NCBI GenBank assembly: GCA_026026165.1
Contig: JAPEUD010000090.1
Coordinates: 1 to 64,000 of the forward strand
Length of the DNA stretch: 64,000 nucleotides
Source: Sarea resinae
Taxonomy: Eukaryota
Direction of reading: 5' to 3'
Shown: positions 1-11,470 of the stretch, piece by piece
Position numbering within the stretch: the stretch's first letter is position 1
Layout of the letters: every line of letters begins with the position of its first letter
Program-made: the position numbers and the translations under genes
Notes under the pieces: model-generated
Database searches by the model: none
What the model saw: the letters and a program-made list of their open reading frames with translations, nothing else
Told to the model about the DNA's origin: nothing

Positions 1-4
1 GGGT

Positions 5-47
<43 letters not shown>
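1..47. repeat. poly-G tract
   Basis: Near-pure G homopolymer at the window edge; its length may be unreliable. Confidence 0.9.
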
Positions 48-48
<1 letters not shown>

Positions 49-532
49 GGCGGCGCAGGAAGGCTCTTTGGCATTTACTGGAGTACCTAGGATTTCCATC
101 CCCAGGCGGCGTTTTGGCTTTCTGGTCGGGCTCGGTTTCCAAATTCATGAAGAGAATTAATTCATCTTGGGATTTTCTCCTTTTCTTCTTCCAAAGAGTG
201 CTTCACGATGGTGCCGTGCCGCGTGCGACTTGCTTCATGCGCGCCCTTTCTACTTTCTACTTGCTTGCTTCCATTACTGCCTTGGTAACTTGGCAGAATC
301 TGGATTAGGTGTTTAGAGTGGGTGGCTTTTTTTTTGTCCGTAGGTATCTATCTACCTTGGCTATATCACTGGTTTTGGATCCTGAAATTAAACTATTTGT
401 TTGCGTGTAGGGATTAGTATTGGCTGTTTTTTTACATGGAGGTAGGTCATACAAGGCTGAGCTACCTGAAGCTGGGTTGGTCGGGGTAAGGTGGTATGCA
501 TGCAGGCTGGCAGACAGACAGGCAGGAAGAAA

Positions 533-536
<4 letters not shown>

Positions 537-580
<44 letters not shown>
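537..580. repeat. (AG)n microsatellite, ~22 units
   Basis: Directly visible; explains the RERE/SLSL runs in overlapping spurious ORFs. Confidence 0.95.
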
Positions 581-586
<6 letters not shown>

Positions 587-3300
587 GGTGGTGTGTAGAT
601 CTAGAGTTGTATAGAAGTAGTCAGTAGTGATTGTGTAGGACGTGATATAATGGGATGTGATATAATGTGATGGCAATTCCAAATTGGAACCAAGAAGGGA
701 GAAACCAAGATGGACAGGGCAGGGATCGAGAAGGGGAAGAGATGGGAAGAGATGGGAAGAGAAGAAGAAAAGGATCGAGGGCGGTGCTGGCTGCTGTGTC
801 ACGATACGATACGATACAATAAGATATGACAGTGATGTTATTGAACCGTGGAGGGAGGCCACGATAAGATTGGGTTGGGTTGGATTGGTTTGGGTTGGGT
901 AATGCAATACAAGGTAGGTAATATATGGATGTGCTGTGAGATTATGCAGTGTAATGTCATGCATGTCATGGATGGATTCATAGAGGGAGGGAGTGCATAA
1001 GGTAGCGAGGTGCTCATGCAAGGTACCCGACCCGGAAGTAGGACAGACGCTACTATACTCTATCTGTAAAGCGTTCGATGGCGCATAGTAGGCGCATAGT
1101 AGTGAGTAAGGTGTTTAGCATAGAAAAGAGGGAAGAGAACGGAATTAGAAGACAGCTAGAGGGTACGCACGCATGTATGTACGTCTCGATATAAACGCAT
1201 TGTCTTTGATACCTTACAGAGCTGTTGGGATCAAACCGCGTTGGAGATTGTACGCGTGGGTGTGGGTGTGGACTTGTGGGGATGTCTGCTTGCTTGGTTG
1301 TCTGGTCTTTTTTCCTGTCGGGTTGAGGGTGATGATGAATGATACTTGTGGGGGTCGATCGGGTCAGGTTGGTGGGAGGGCAGGTTGAGTTGGTAGATCA
1401 TGTATGTGGTGTGTGGTGTGTGGTGTGTGGTGTAGATAAGGAGAGGTCATTGTTGTGTTGTTAGTCTTGACGCATTCGTGCTTGCGCATCAGATGGATCC
1501 CCAGGTCCATCCATTGGATTCGATGTCAGAGTACCGGTACGTACTCCATCCATACCTGGAGTAGATCCATCTAGCTGATCAAGGGGCATCATGGATGACT
1601 GACTGCAGGTGTTCTGCGATGGCTGGTCATTGGTGTAGGGACGCGTCGGAGGCGGTCGCGGTCGCGGAGGGAGAGGGAGATCGAGATAAGATCACTTGCG
1701 CTCGAAGGCGAGAAATCCCGTCCGGGAATAGGGGTGGTGCCTGGTGCCTGGTGCCTGAGAGATGAGATTGCGCATCACTTTTTGGTGCGACTCGAGCCGG
1801 GTGACATGGCGCCCAAAGGAGCTTGGAGGTGGAGATCATGGATCCTCTTCCACTTTCGATGATCGATAGGGGCTCCGGGGGGGCATGGATCGTGCCGATG
1901 ATGCCGGTGGTGCGCGAGTTCGGAGGTCTTGGGTGCTCTATTTCGTATCTTACTTCGTACTGCCTGACATCAATGGATGTTTCGCGTTGATGATTGCCCG
2001 GTCTCCCTCTCTAGCTATTCTACATACTGTACCTGGCACATTGGTGCGCCGTTCAGGGTCCCAATGCCCACGTTCTCCCTGCGTCGCGAGAGCGTGTTCG
2101 AAGCTTCGTCGTTCGGTTGTTCGCGTCCCCGACAGCTCAACGCCTTGGTGGCGTGCCGCTTGAGCGTCTTGGGCCATGGCGTTCCTGCATCGAGCGGGAT
2201 CACGTCTATCAATGCTGTCCCCACGTTTATGCCGCTAGCATATTTATCCAGATTGCCTTCTAGGGGCCGTACTATGTATAAGCTGCATTATCGGCACTGC
2301 TGATACTCCGTTCCCTGGCATCCATCTATACGGAGTACATACGGAGGACATACTATCTATCACATCCCCCCCCCCAATCTACTCTATTCGTACTGTACCA
2401 CTCTCAATCAAGGCGTTCATCGCACGGTGCGCATCACTCGCACTTGGAGCGAATACTCTAGATCGTGAGCGAGAGTGGGCCCTCTTAAGTCGAAACGGAC
2501 CGTCACTCGGACGGCCGCTTGCCTGCTCTGAGGCGTGCCATCTATCCTGCTTATCCTGCTTGTTCCCAGAACAGACATAGCCCAGCACTCCATCTCCCCT
2601 TTGAGCCCCAATACCCAATCTGATCGATGCTGAGATGCACGACCGTTCCTGATCATCACACGCTTGAGCTGCACATCAATCTATTCGAGGCCGCGACCCA
2701 TGGCGCTAGCGAGATGCAATGATGCCATCTCTTCGAGAAGAGGGCGATCCAGCCCAGACCGGCACTGCTCTTACCACTGTACTCACTGTAAAGAGTGTGT
2801 GTCGAGCGGGTGCTGGCTCTCGAGCCTCAGATCATGTCCATCAAGTTGCGGCTGCTAGTAACGCTGCTTGACCAGGGACAGGCACACCATTCCGATAGGC
2901 ATCACATATTGTAGGAAGATGCAGTTGGACCCTGGGATTGCCGGCTGCCTGGTTCCAGCATGCTGGCTGTCTGCGTTGCTATGTGCTAATCCCTCTGCCA
3001 GATCAAAATGCGGCGCTCGCGCGCTGCTAAAATGTCTATCAATTCCTCACGACGTGTCTTGAGCGACACCTTTCGTCTTCGTGATAACTTCGTCTTTCGT
3101 TGATCCAACGCTCCTTTCCTTCATTTGGGATCTGGTATCCTCTTAGAGAGCTCTGGATTGCCTCGTCATTCTTTACCATCAACAATACTCGCGATTAGCT
3201 TCTGTCGCACATCTCGTCTTGGTTCTTTTGCGTTCTTTTTATTTTTCACCGTCTTTCTCTCACATGGAACCTCTTCGGCACGCCCGAACAACCGTCCAAA

Positions 3301-4919
3301 ATGTCCGCGCTCCTGAATCATACCTTGAATTCCAACATGTCGACACCCTTCAAGACGCGGATCCACTGTCATCTCAGCACCTGTGCGGTAAAGCTCAGTC
3401 TTTACGATTACCGGCCGTCGATCGCCATCAACCTCTTGTTCATCGTCCTTTTTAGCTTGACGGGCTTCATCCATCTATCGCAGCTCATGTTCTGGCCGAA
3501 AAGGTTCTTTTCGTGTGCCATTGGCGTCGGCTGTGTAGTCGAGGTGATAGGCTATATTGGACGGATCATGTCCAACCACAATCCCTTTTCCATAAGCAAC
3601 TACTTTATTCAGTTCATCGGTCTTACCGTCGCCCCGGCCTTCTTCAGCGCCTCCATCTACGTTTGCCTCGGAGAAATTACGAACAGTCTCGGACCCCAAT
3701 TTTCTCGCCTGAAGCCGGAGACGTACTCGAAGATTTTCGTATGCAGCGACCTTGGCAGTCTGGTGCTGCAAGGAACCGGTGGCCTCATCGCACTGTTCCT
3801 CCTCTTGAGTGGGAAAAGCGGCCAGCCCGGTATCGACCTGATGCTCGTAGGTCTAGGCTACCAGATCTTGAGTCTGATAGTCTTCATCTTTCTCGCACTC
3901 GAATTCGCCTGGAAGTTGAGTCAATGGAACAAAGCGCGGGGCGAAACCATCTTCATTCCGGGCCGCTCCGAGGCCCGCTTACAGATCTTCTTGGTCTTCT
4001 TCTGCCTTTCCATCTTTTGTCTTTTCGCACGCTGCATCTATCGGTGCGCCGAATTGAGTGGAGGATTGGAAGGACCTATGCTCCACGACGAGACCATGTT
4101 CATCTTCTTGGAAGGAATGTAAGTATCATGTATCATACCTGTTTGCTGATGACTGAGTTGACCGGCTCTTAGGCTGATCACCATTTGCGTCTTCTCGCTG
4201 AACCTTGGGCACCCTGGAATGCTACCTGCGCCGACTGTCCTTTCTCTGGAGGAGGATTGCGAAAAGGGTCTGCCAGACTTGAAAGGTATACTATACATCC
4301 CTCGATCTTGAGGGTTTGCTGTTTCTCTTCACTGCCTGTTGACCATCTCATCTATCGCATTGATCATCTCCTATCCCTCACTAAGAGTCGGTCGCATGTC
4401 TGAACATATCTGACTTTGTTCTCTCCAGTCACCCTTGCTCCCGAGAGAGATGGGAACGGCACCCCATACCAAGACCCGGCCGAATACGTGATCTGCGAGG
4501 ATCCGTCCGTCCACCACAAGCGGCATTCCGGACTCCGCGATCTGCTCAGCCCGGTTTGCCCCAAGAGATTGTCGTTCCTGTCGCCGACCAATCCATTGAC
4601 CAGCCACCCCAACACCCTCCAAGTCGACTCTTCCGCCGTCAAGGACCGACGACTCAGTCCCGCCAACAGCCTCAACGATATCTATAATATGTACGGTCCT
4701 GGTGGCGAGTTTGCCGGCCATGAACCCGCTCGCTATGGCGAGAAGAGACCGTCCAATAACCCATATTACGTCCCGTCCTCGCCGACCTCGAACAATCCCT
4801 ACGGCAACTACAGCGCAAAGGACGGACAACAGGTACAAGTCATTTATATCCGCGAGGATAGCAATGGAAGACATCTCGAGCGCGTTCAGGAACTACCTGA
4901 ATACTTACCCGGACGTTGA
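3301..4919 (+). CDS. RTA1-family (lipid-translocating exporter-like) 7-TM protein with a long hydrophilic C-terminal tail; exons 3301-4118, 4173-4285, 4429-4919
   Basis: Family-type motifs Y.Y.PS, EVIGYIGRIM, APAFFSASIY, D..SLVLQG.GG, RCIYRCAELSGG..G and HPG. GT-AG introns 4119-4172 and 4286-4428 join the ORFs in frame. The last exon is less certain than the TM core. Confidence 0.85.
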
Positions 4920-5885
4920 ACACTACGACTTTCATCTTGAGCGAGGCCAAGGAGCCCGAGCGATTTTTCAAAAGCAGAGTCGTCACGGTCAACGGTCTCC
5001 ATGTATGATTGCGGCTTGCATCTAGGATTAGGATAGGGCATCTGGTGGAGGATGATGCAATGGGGGAGTTTGGCGTCTGTTCTGTATGTCGTTGGGGAAC
5101 CAGGAAACATCTCCAATCCGTTGAATCACCGAGCATCGTCGAGAGATGTGCGGCATGAGCCATGTCTTTCTCTGTGGCTCTGTCGCTATCCATCTCCCCC
5201 CTACAGTCATCTCTTTACCTGCGGGCAGATGTATCACGTTCATGAGCGCGCTGGCACACTATCAGCTATGATTCACCCGAGAATTCTCTCTCTCTCTCTC
5301 TCTCACTCACACACACAGACCCTCTCACACACACATCCACTGATTCCTCAGCGGAGTCGCACTTGTCCACTATTTCTTTCAATTCTAGCGCCGACGCAGA
5401 GGACGGAAGCGTGACGCACCTTTTTCGTTCTCATTCTTCCTCTTCTCTTCTCTAATACCAGGGCTATGATCCCTGCAATTCACTTGTCTTATTGGTGACA
5501 CCACCAGCGCATCGCGCACATCCACAACAGATGAACGCGTGCCTCATGCTCTGTCCACCTCGTCCCCAATTTTCTACCTTTTGTATTCATCTTAGACTTA
5601 GACAGTCGTCAGGAACCAATCCATTCATTCTTTTTGGCTTGGACTTTCGGGTGTGTGGTGTCGTCATTTTCTGTCCTTGTTGCTGGAGCTTTGCTCTGTC
5701 TCGCGCCTCTCGTGTGTTGTTCGGATATTACTATCTCCTGGGGTATCTATTCTAGGTCTCAATCTTATCTCGACCTAGTCCTAATCTCTCTACTAGATCT
5801 GATAATATATTGTTGTAAGCCTAGATAGTAGCTAGAGTTTCTTCAGTCGTTGAGCAAGTAGTAGGTGTAGTAGGGCGATGCAGAT

Positions 5886-6265
5886 CGCTAAAAAGTGGCA
5901 TCGCCTGTGCGTCAGGAACTAGGTACGGATAAAAGGCCTATGAGGTTGTGTTCTGCCTAGAATGATGTCGAGGAACTTTGGTGATGGTCTCGAGAGAATC
6001 ATCTCTAGAGCCAGGCACTGTGATTCCCTATTTTCCCTGCTGCTACGAACGAACTCAGAGTCAAATCCAACTCTAATTGTAAACCAAAGGAGTCGGCTTC
6101 AATTTTAGAGGTAGTGGTAGAATCCTTCGGGTCAGGCACCCTTTACAATAGAAAGCGTGGAAACGCTGTGGTGGCTGCGATGGCTGTGATGGTGTCCCTT
6201 AGCCTTACACGTCAGATCCGGGGATAGCTCGCTCGTATCGTCGTCCAATCTGCGACTGCGCATCT
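5886..6265. repeat. degenerate dispersed repeat, copy 1 (paralogous to 9176-9470)
   Basis: Shares collinear blocks with copy 2, e.g. gcctatga..ttgtgttct.ccta.a.t.atgtcgaggaact, agcgtggaaa.gctgtg.tggctg and gtgtccctt.gccttaca.gt.a.atccggggat. Confidence 0.7.
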
Positions 6266-6850
6266 CCCGCCGCAGGGCACCCCGCCACGAAAGACGTCTC
6301 CGTCTCCACAACTTGTTGCGTTCTCCCATTACCCGGCTCGCCCAGCATACCTGTTTGGGGATAGGCGGAACTCCAAGTCTTGGGGCCTGTCAGACTGCTG
6401 CCGCGGTGGGCGGTTCTAGGCCTAAATGGGTTTGCTGGGCGACCTTCTGAACTTTCTAGCTTCACGACCTGCATTCCAAGCCAGCCCTAAACATGGATGA
6501 TAGAGGAAGCAGAGCGAGGTGTTCCTGAGTCTAGACGAGCTCTCTTTTGCCTGCACACCCGTCCCATCCTCTTCGTCCAACTTTGGCTTCAAGTCATCAG
6601 TAGGGCTTATTCGACCTGCGCCGTCTGTCGTGGGGACTACGCTAGATTGCTATTACTCAATGCCTCCGCCATGGATCCGAAATGACGGGAGACGTTCATT
6701 TGCTTGTGGCGAAGCCCTGGGCCAGGGTTCGTTGTCGTTTCTTGATTTCATTTGATGTATAAATATTCCGTGTCATGTATTTTCCGGTCTTCTTCTCTCT
6801 ACGCTCCAATTCAACAGTCTCGACTAGACTCTGGCCCCATATCGACCAAC

Positions 6851-8777
6851 ATGAAGCTCTCACTACTTTCTTGGTCGGCTCTGGCGAGCATCTGGCTGCC
6901 GATCTCCTTTGCCTCTACCAACTCGCCAATCCTAGGGCCTGTTTTCCCCAAGCCAACGAATCTATCTTCCAGTCCGATTTTCGACGCAGCAACCTTGAAT
7001 TTTACAAAACTGGTTAACCAAGCCATTGCAGGCGAGAACTCAACCTACGGTCCATTGGACGCACAGAATACGTCCTTTTCCGTTGGCCTTTTCTCTGTCG
7101 ACGAACCGGGCCTTTTGTTCCAATACCATCATTCTGCCCCTTCACTGGCTCTCGAGGGCGTTCAGACGGTGGACGCTGACAGTGTCTATCGGCTGGGGAG
7201 TGTTTCAAAGCTACTGACGGTGTACACATGGCTCATTCAAGACGGCTTCTTGAGATGGAACCAGCCCATCACAGAACTGGTGCCTGAACTGTGGGCTGCG
7301 GCGCAGCAGTATAACGCATCATCGTCTGCGGGAGATGGCATAGACAGAGTCAATTGGGCAGAGATTAATGTCGAGGCTTTGGCGAGCCAATTTTCCGGTA
7401 TCGGGCGAGATTGTGGGTGACCTCCTTCAGACAGCTGGTAGAAGCATTCCGCTGATAGGATCCAAGACGGCGTTGAGGACGTCCTGAATACGCCTGGAAG
7501 TGGCCCCTTGGCTGCTAGCTGGCCCCCAGTGAACACGAACGAGACATTGAGTTGTCCTTCTAGCCAGTGTACTCGAGAAGGTAAGGTTCTTGTTCCTTTC
7601 TATTCATGCTTTCGCTAATACAACGATTAAAGAATGGTTCAAAGGGTTCCTCGACGATGCTCCGGTTTTTGCACCTTTCTATGCCCCCGCATACTCGAAC
7701 AACGCCTATAAGCTATTGGCTTATGCTCTCGAAAACGTCACTGGCTCCACGTTTGAATCTTTGTTTGAGGACAAGCTCGTCAAGCCCCTCAATTTGACTC
7801 GAACAAGCTACGCCAAACCCTCAAACGATTCTTGGGGAGTTATCCCTGGCAACGCGACCACTAGCATGTGGTATGTCGATATTGGAGATGATGCACCGTG
7901 AGTCAATCTTGGGAAGCTCGTGAATAAAGATGATCTGATTTCCTTCAGCGATGGCGGTATGTATTCCAGCCTCTCGGACTTTGCTACTATTGGACGCTCG
8001 ATCCTCTCCTCATCGCTCATTTCTCCAACGAGCACTCGCCGCTGGTTGAAACCCGTCAGCCACACGTCTAATGCTTTGACGTCTGTCGGTGCTCCATGGG
8101 AAATCAGCCGTTATCAGGAAGCGGAATACGACCACTTGGTGGATTTGTACACCAAGAGCGGTGATATCTCTGGCTACACCTCTGTTCTTGTTCACTCCCC
8201 AGATCACAGCGTAGGTTTCGCTGTCCTCGCTGCATCCAGCGACGGGGTTCCCGCAGCAGCAGTCTTGGAGCTCACCAATCTGGTCGCCGACGTCTTTCTC
8301 CCGGCCTTGGATAATGCAGCAAAGGCCGAAGCCGACGCTTCATACGCGGGCCTATATAAATCCACCGATCCCAACGTCAACTCGTCAATCATACTTGCAA
8401 CAGAAGCGGCCAAGCCTGGTCTACACGTCACGCAATTTATATACAACAGTACCGACCTCCTGCCCGCCTTGGCCGTGGCCTACTTTGGCGCGACGGCATC
8501 GGCGGCCGACCTCAGTGCGCGCCTATATCCTGCGCAGCTCAGCTCACCCGCCGTCCCCGGGCAGGCCAATGCGCGGACCCGATTCCGTGCCGTCTACGAG
8601 GACGAGACCGCCTCCTCTACCGGACCCTTTCTGAGTCTGGCCGCCACTTGGATCAATCTGGATGCAGTCACGTATGCGAATGTGGCGCTGGATGCTTTCG
8701 ATTTCGAACTGGGGCCGGACGGCTCGCCGGTGGCGCTCACCCCGGCGTTTTTGAGGACCACTTTGCAAAAGGCTTGA
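6851..8777 (+). CDS. secreted beta-lactamase-related serine hydrolase (peptidase S12 / alkaline D-peptidase-like); exons 6851-7412, 7467-7580, 7633-7897, 7949-8777
   Basis: Signal-peptide-like N-terminus (MKLSLLSWSALASIWLPISFAS). Catalytic motifs SxxK (YRLGSVSKLLT), YxN (YSNNAY), DGGMYSS and KSG (LYTKSGDISGY). Three GT-AG introns keep the frame. Confidence 0.88.
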
Positions 8778-9175
8778 TATGCTGTACAGGGCAGGGTTTG
8801 GAAGGGGGGACGTGGCCGCTCGGTGCATTTTTCTCTTCTAGCGCGGCGAGGGCGGCGGTGGCGGCATTTTTTCATCTTTGGCATTTTCTCCGCATGGCCT
8901 TTTATTTATAGGTTATTCTGTATCTTGTGCGTGTAAGATTATATATTCTACCAAAGATAAGAAAAGATATAAGGCCCAGTGAATAGGCAAACTTGTTCCT
9001 ACGTGCGCCAAAAAGACTACTATAACCCGGTTCGTCCGGGCTATGCCTATTTGCCTACTATATAGCAGCGCACCTCACAAAAGAAAAGAAAGGAAAAGTC
9101 AGACCGGCTCCTAGATGACTTCTAGCTATGGTAGCGTAGGCCGGATTGCCACATATAACCCAGCCAAGGATACTG

Positions 9176-9470
9176 CGCTAAAAAAAACACGAGCTAGAAA
9201 TCAGACATTGCCTCTGTACAAGTTCGAAATTAAAAGTACAGATGAAAAGCCTATGAATTGTGTTCTACCTAAACTTATGTCGAGGAACTCTCTCTACACC
9301 AGAGAGCGTGGAAATGCTGTGCTGGCTGTGCTGGCTGCGATAGTTGTGTTGCGAATGGTTGACAGGTACAATAGCTCTGATAGCTGCGATAGTGTCCCTT
9401 GGCCTTACAGGTTAAATCCGGGGATGGTCCACCAAGGTTGTATTGCTGTCAAATCTGCAAACGCACTGCC
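9176..9470. repeat. degenerate dispersed repeat, copy 2 (paralogous to 5886-6265)
   Basis: Same orientation as copy 1; many visible mismatches are transitions. A further short match (ttctgcctagaatg) lies at ~9585. Confidence 0.7.
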
Positions 9471-9748
9471 CTCACTACGTGACTATGCCTAACTAAGACT
9501 GTGGTTTTCTACTGAACTTCTATGTGCCTGCAGGAACGATACTAAATACCGGCAGATATTCTTAAATAAAGGCATCTGGACCTATTCTGCCTAGAATGCT
9601 CACGACGGCGCCTTCGTGGATCTCAGAGACATACGCGTTCTATTGCTTCGATTCTAGAGGTATATAAACACACTCGAGGACGACTGCGATTCACCTCACC
9701 TCATAGACCACGCAGCTTGAGCTTCGCGTATCCTCGAACGTAACGATC

Positions 9749-10454
9749 ATGGCGGAAAAGCCTCCGGCATATGGCGAGGCCGCTCGTGAACCCACGTCCG
9801 AGGAGCTCGGAATGTCGATAGCGATGGCGAAGATGCACATCGAAGACCTCTGCTCGGTGAGCTCTACCAGATCTATATCCCCATTCCCCCACGAATGGTA
9901 TTCTAATGATGTAGGAACTACGGTTCCTGCAAGAAAAAGGCTCGATGAGTGACGAGATCCAGGATCAACTATCTTCCCTGACGGCCATCATCCAAGCCGG
10001 TTCGCCGAAAGCGCCTCCACCTCAGGAAACGCCGGCCGCGCCGACGACTCTGGCGGATGGGATTCTCAAAGACCCGCTGACCTTTACGGTCAAGGAGCTA
10101 CACACGGGCACACATGTCGGCCACATCGTTGCCGTCCCCGGAGATTCGGTCGTCGTGTATGCGTGGGCAAAGAACAGGGAAATTGCTATAGGATACAATG
10201 AAATGAACAACACGGCTGGCTCGATCCCGGCTTCTATACTTACAAAGGCAGAGTCGCAATCCGCTGGGAACTTGGAACTCTTGATGGCGACCGGGTGTGT
10301 GGAAGCTGGACTTGGATGTCTTGGCTACCAGCCAGGCGACTATGTCAGAGTTTGCATATGGCATGGCGGGAACCCTGGTGGGATTGGATTCAATTTAGTC
10401 ACCCAGGAGATCGGGAAGATTTCCGGTATGTTTGATTTCCAGAAGATTGAATGA
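9749..10454 (+). CDS. small protein with a Pin3/Lsb1-like N-terminal motif, Pro-rich linker and two degenerate SH3-like units; exons 9749-9856, 9915-10454
   Basis: TATATAAA at ~9661. Intron 9857-9914 (GTGAGC...CTAAT...TAG) joins two ORFs in frame. Family resemblance judged by eye only. Confidence 0.7.
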
Positions 10455-11470
10455 AAGCGGGCACGGCTGGCCGTGTCTCTTTGCTTCATGGAATCTGCAT
10501 GGATGACCTGCTTAAGTGCACACGGCGGTGTCAGGATTCTCGACGTCTGGAAACATACAGATCTCCACATTCCCGGTGAGGGGCGGTTTATGTTTTTGTT
10601 CATGTTTCAAGGAGTGAGATTTGGTTTTATAATTCTGGAATTGATACTCTCATCGGCGCATCAGAGTCGAACACTATGAGGAAGAGATTTTCCAATCACA
10701 GTGTCGTTCTAACGGTGGTCTTGGTCGAGGGGGGAAGGGGAGGGGGGGACGGTCTGGATCTTAGAATACCGTACCGAAACAGTCTCAAAGCTTCGAAGCC
10801 CGACACTCCTCCCAGTCCCCTTGTAGGATGCGAATTGTCTGAACAAGCAACGCATCAATGTTCTACCTACCGTCCTGGCAGCTCTGGCATCGTTTCATAG
10901 ACTGCTGTTCCTGCTGTTCTCGTGCCGCGGCTGAGTTTTGGCCACAGATCGTGCGAGTGCCCTGTTTCGCCATCGGTAGTGCCATTTGGGATGAGAGTCT
11001 TGTGGCGCAAGTGATTGTGATTGTTATTGATATTGTAAACGTGTTTGTTCATCAACTTGGTTGATAGAGAAATCAGAATAAAAAGGTGAATAGAAAACGA
11101 GGATCGACCGTGGATCGACCAGTTTTATCGATTCCATCGATCCGGCTTGTTGATGGATTCCGGGATCGATGGGGTATACTACAGTAGCGAATAAGGTGCC
11201 CACCCACGTCATCATCTCCATTCGTCAACATACGCACTCCATGTTGTCAGCGCTGTATGTTGGATCTTGTGCTGACACCGGGACGGCCATGCGACCGACA
11301 GATATGGAGAGGCTGTCATCTCGTTCTCCAGCCATAAGCCCACTCCTATAACCCGAGCTGCTCATTCAAGGCGCCTGAGTGGAGGACGACGGTGATGGAT
11401 CGTGATAACCTCATGTATGACAAGAAGCCTCGGTGCACCTCTACTCTTCCTCACCCTGTGCGACTCTGCT

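Noticed and set aside
1..47. Possible telomere
   Set aside because: Homopolymer G, not TTAGGG-type repeats.
3..1021. ORFs 3-308, 305-1021, 420-614 and 684-902
   Set aside because: Built from poly-G, (AG)n and other simple repeats, with no family motif. The region may be UTR or intron of a gene outside the window.
1100..3200. Many short overlapping ORFs
   Set aside because: No recognisable motifs or coherent splice model; treated as intergenic.
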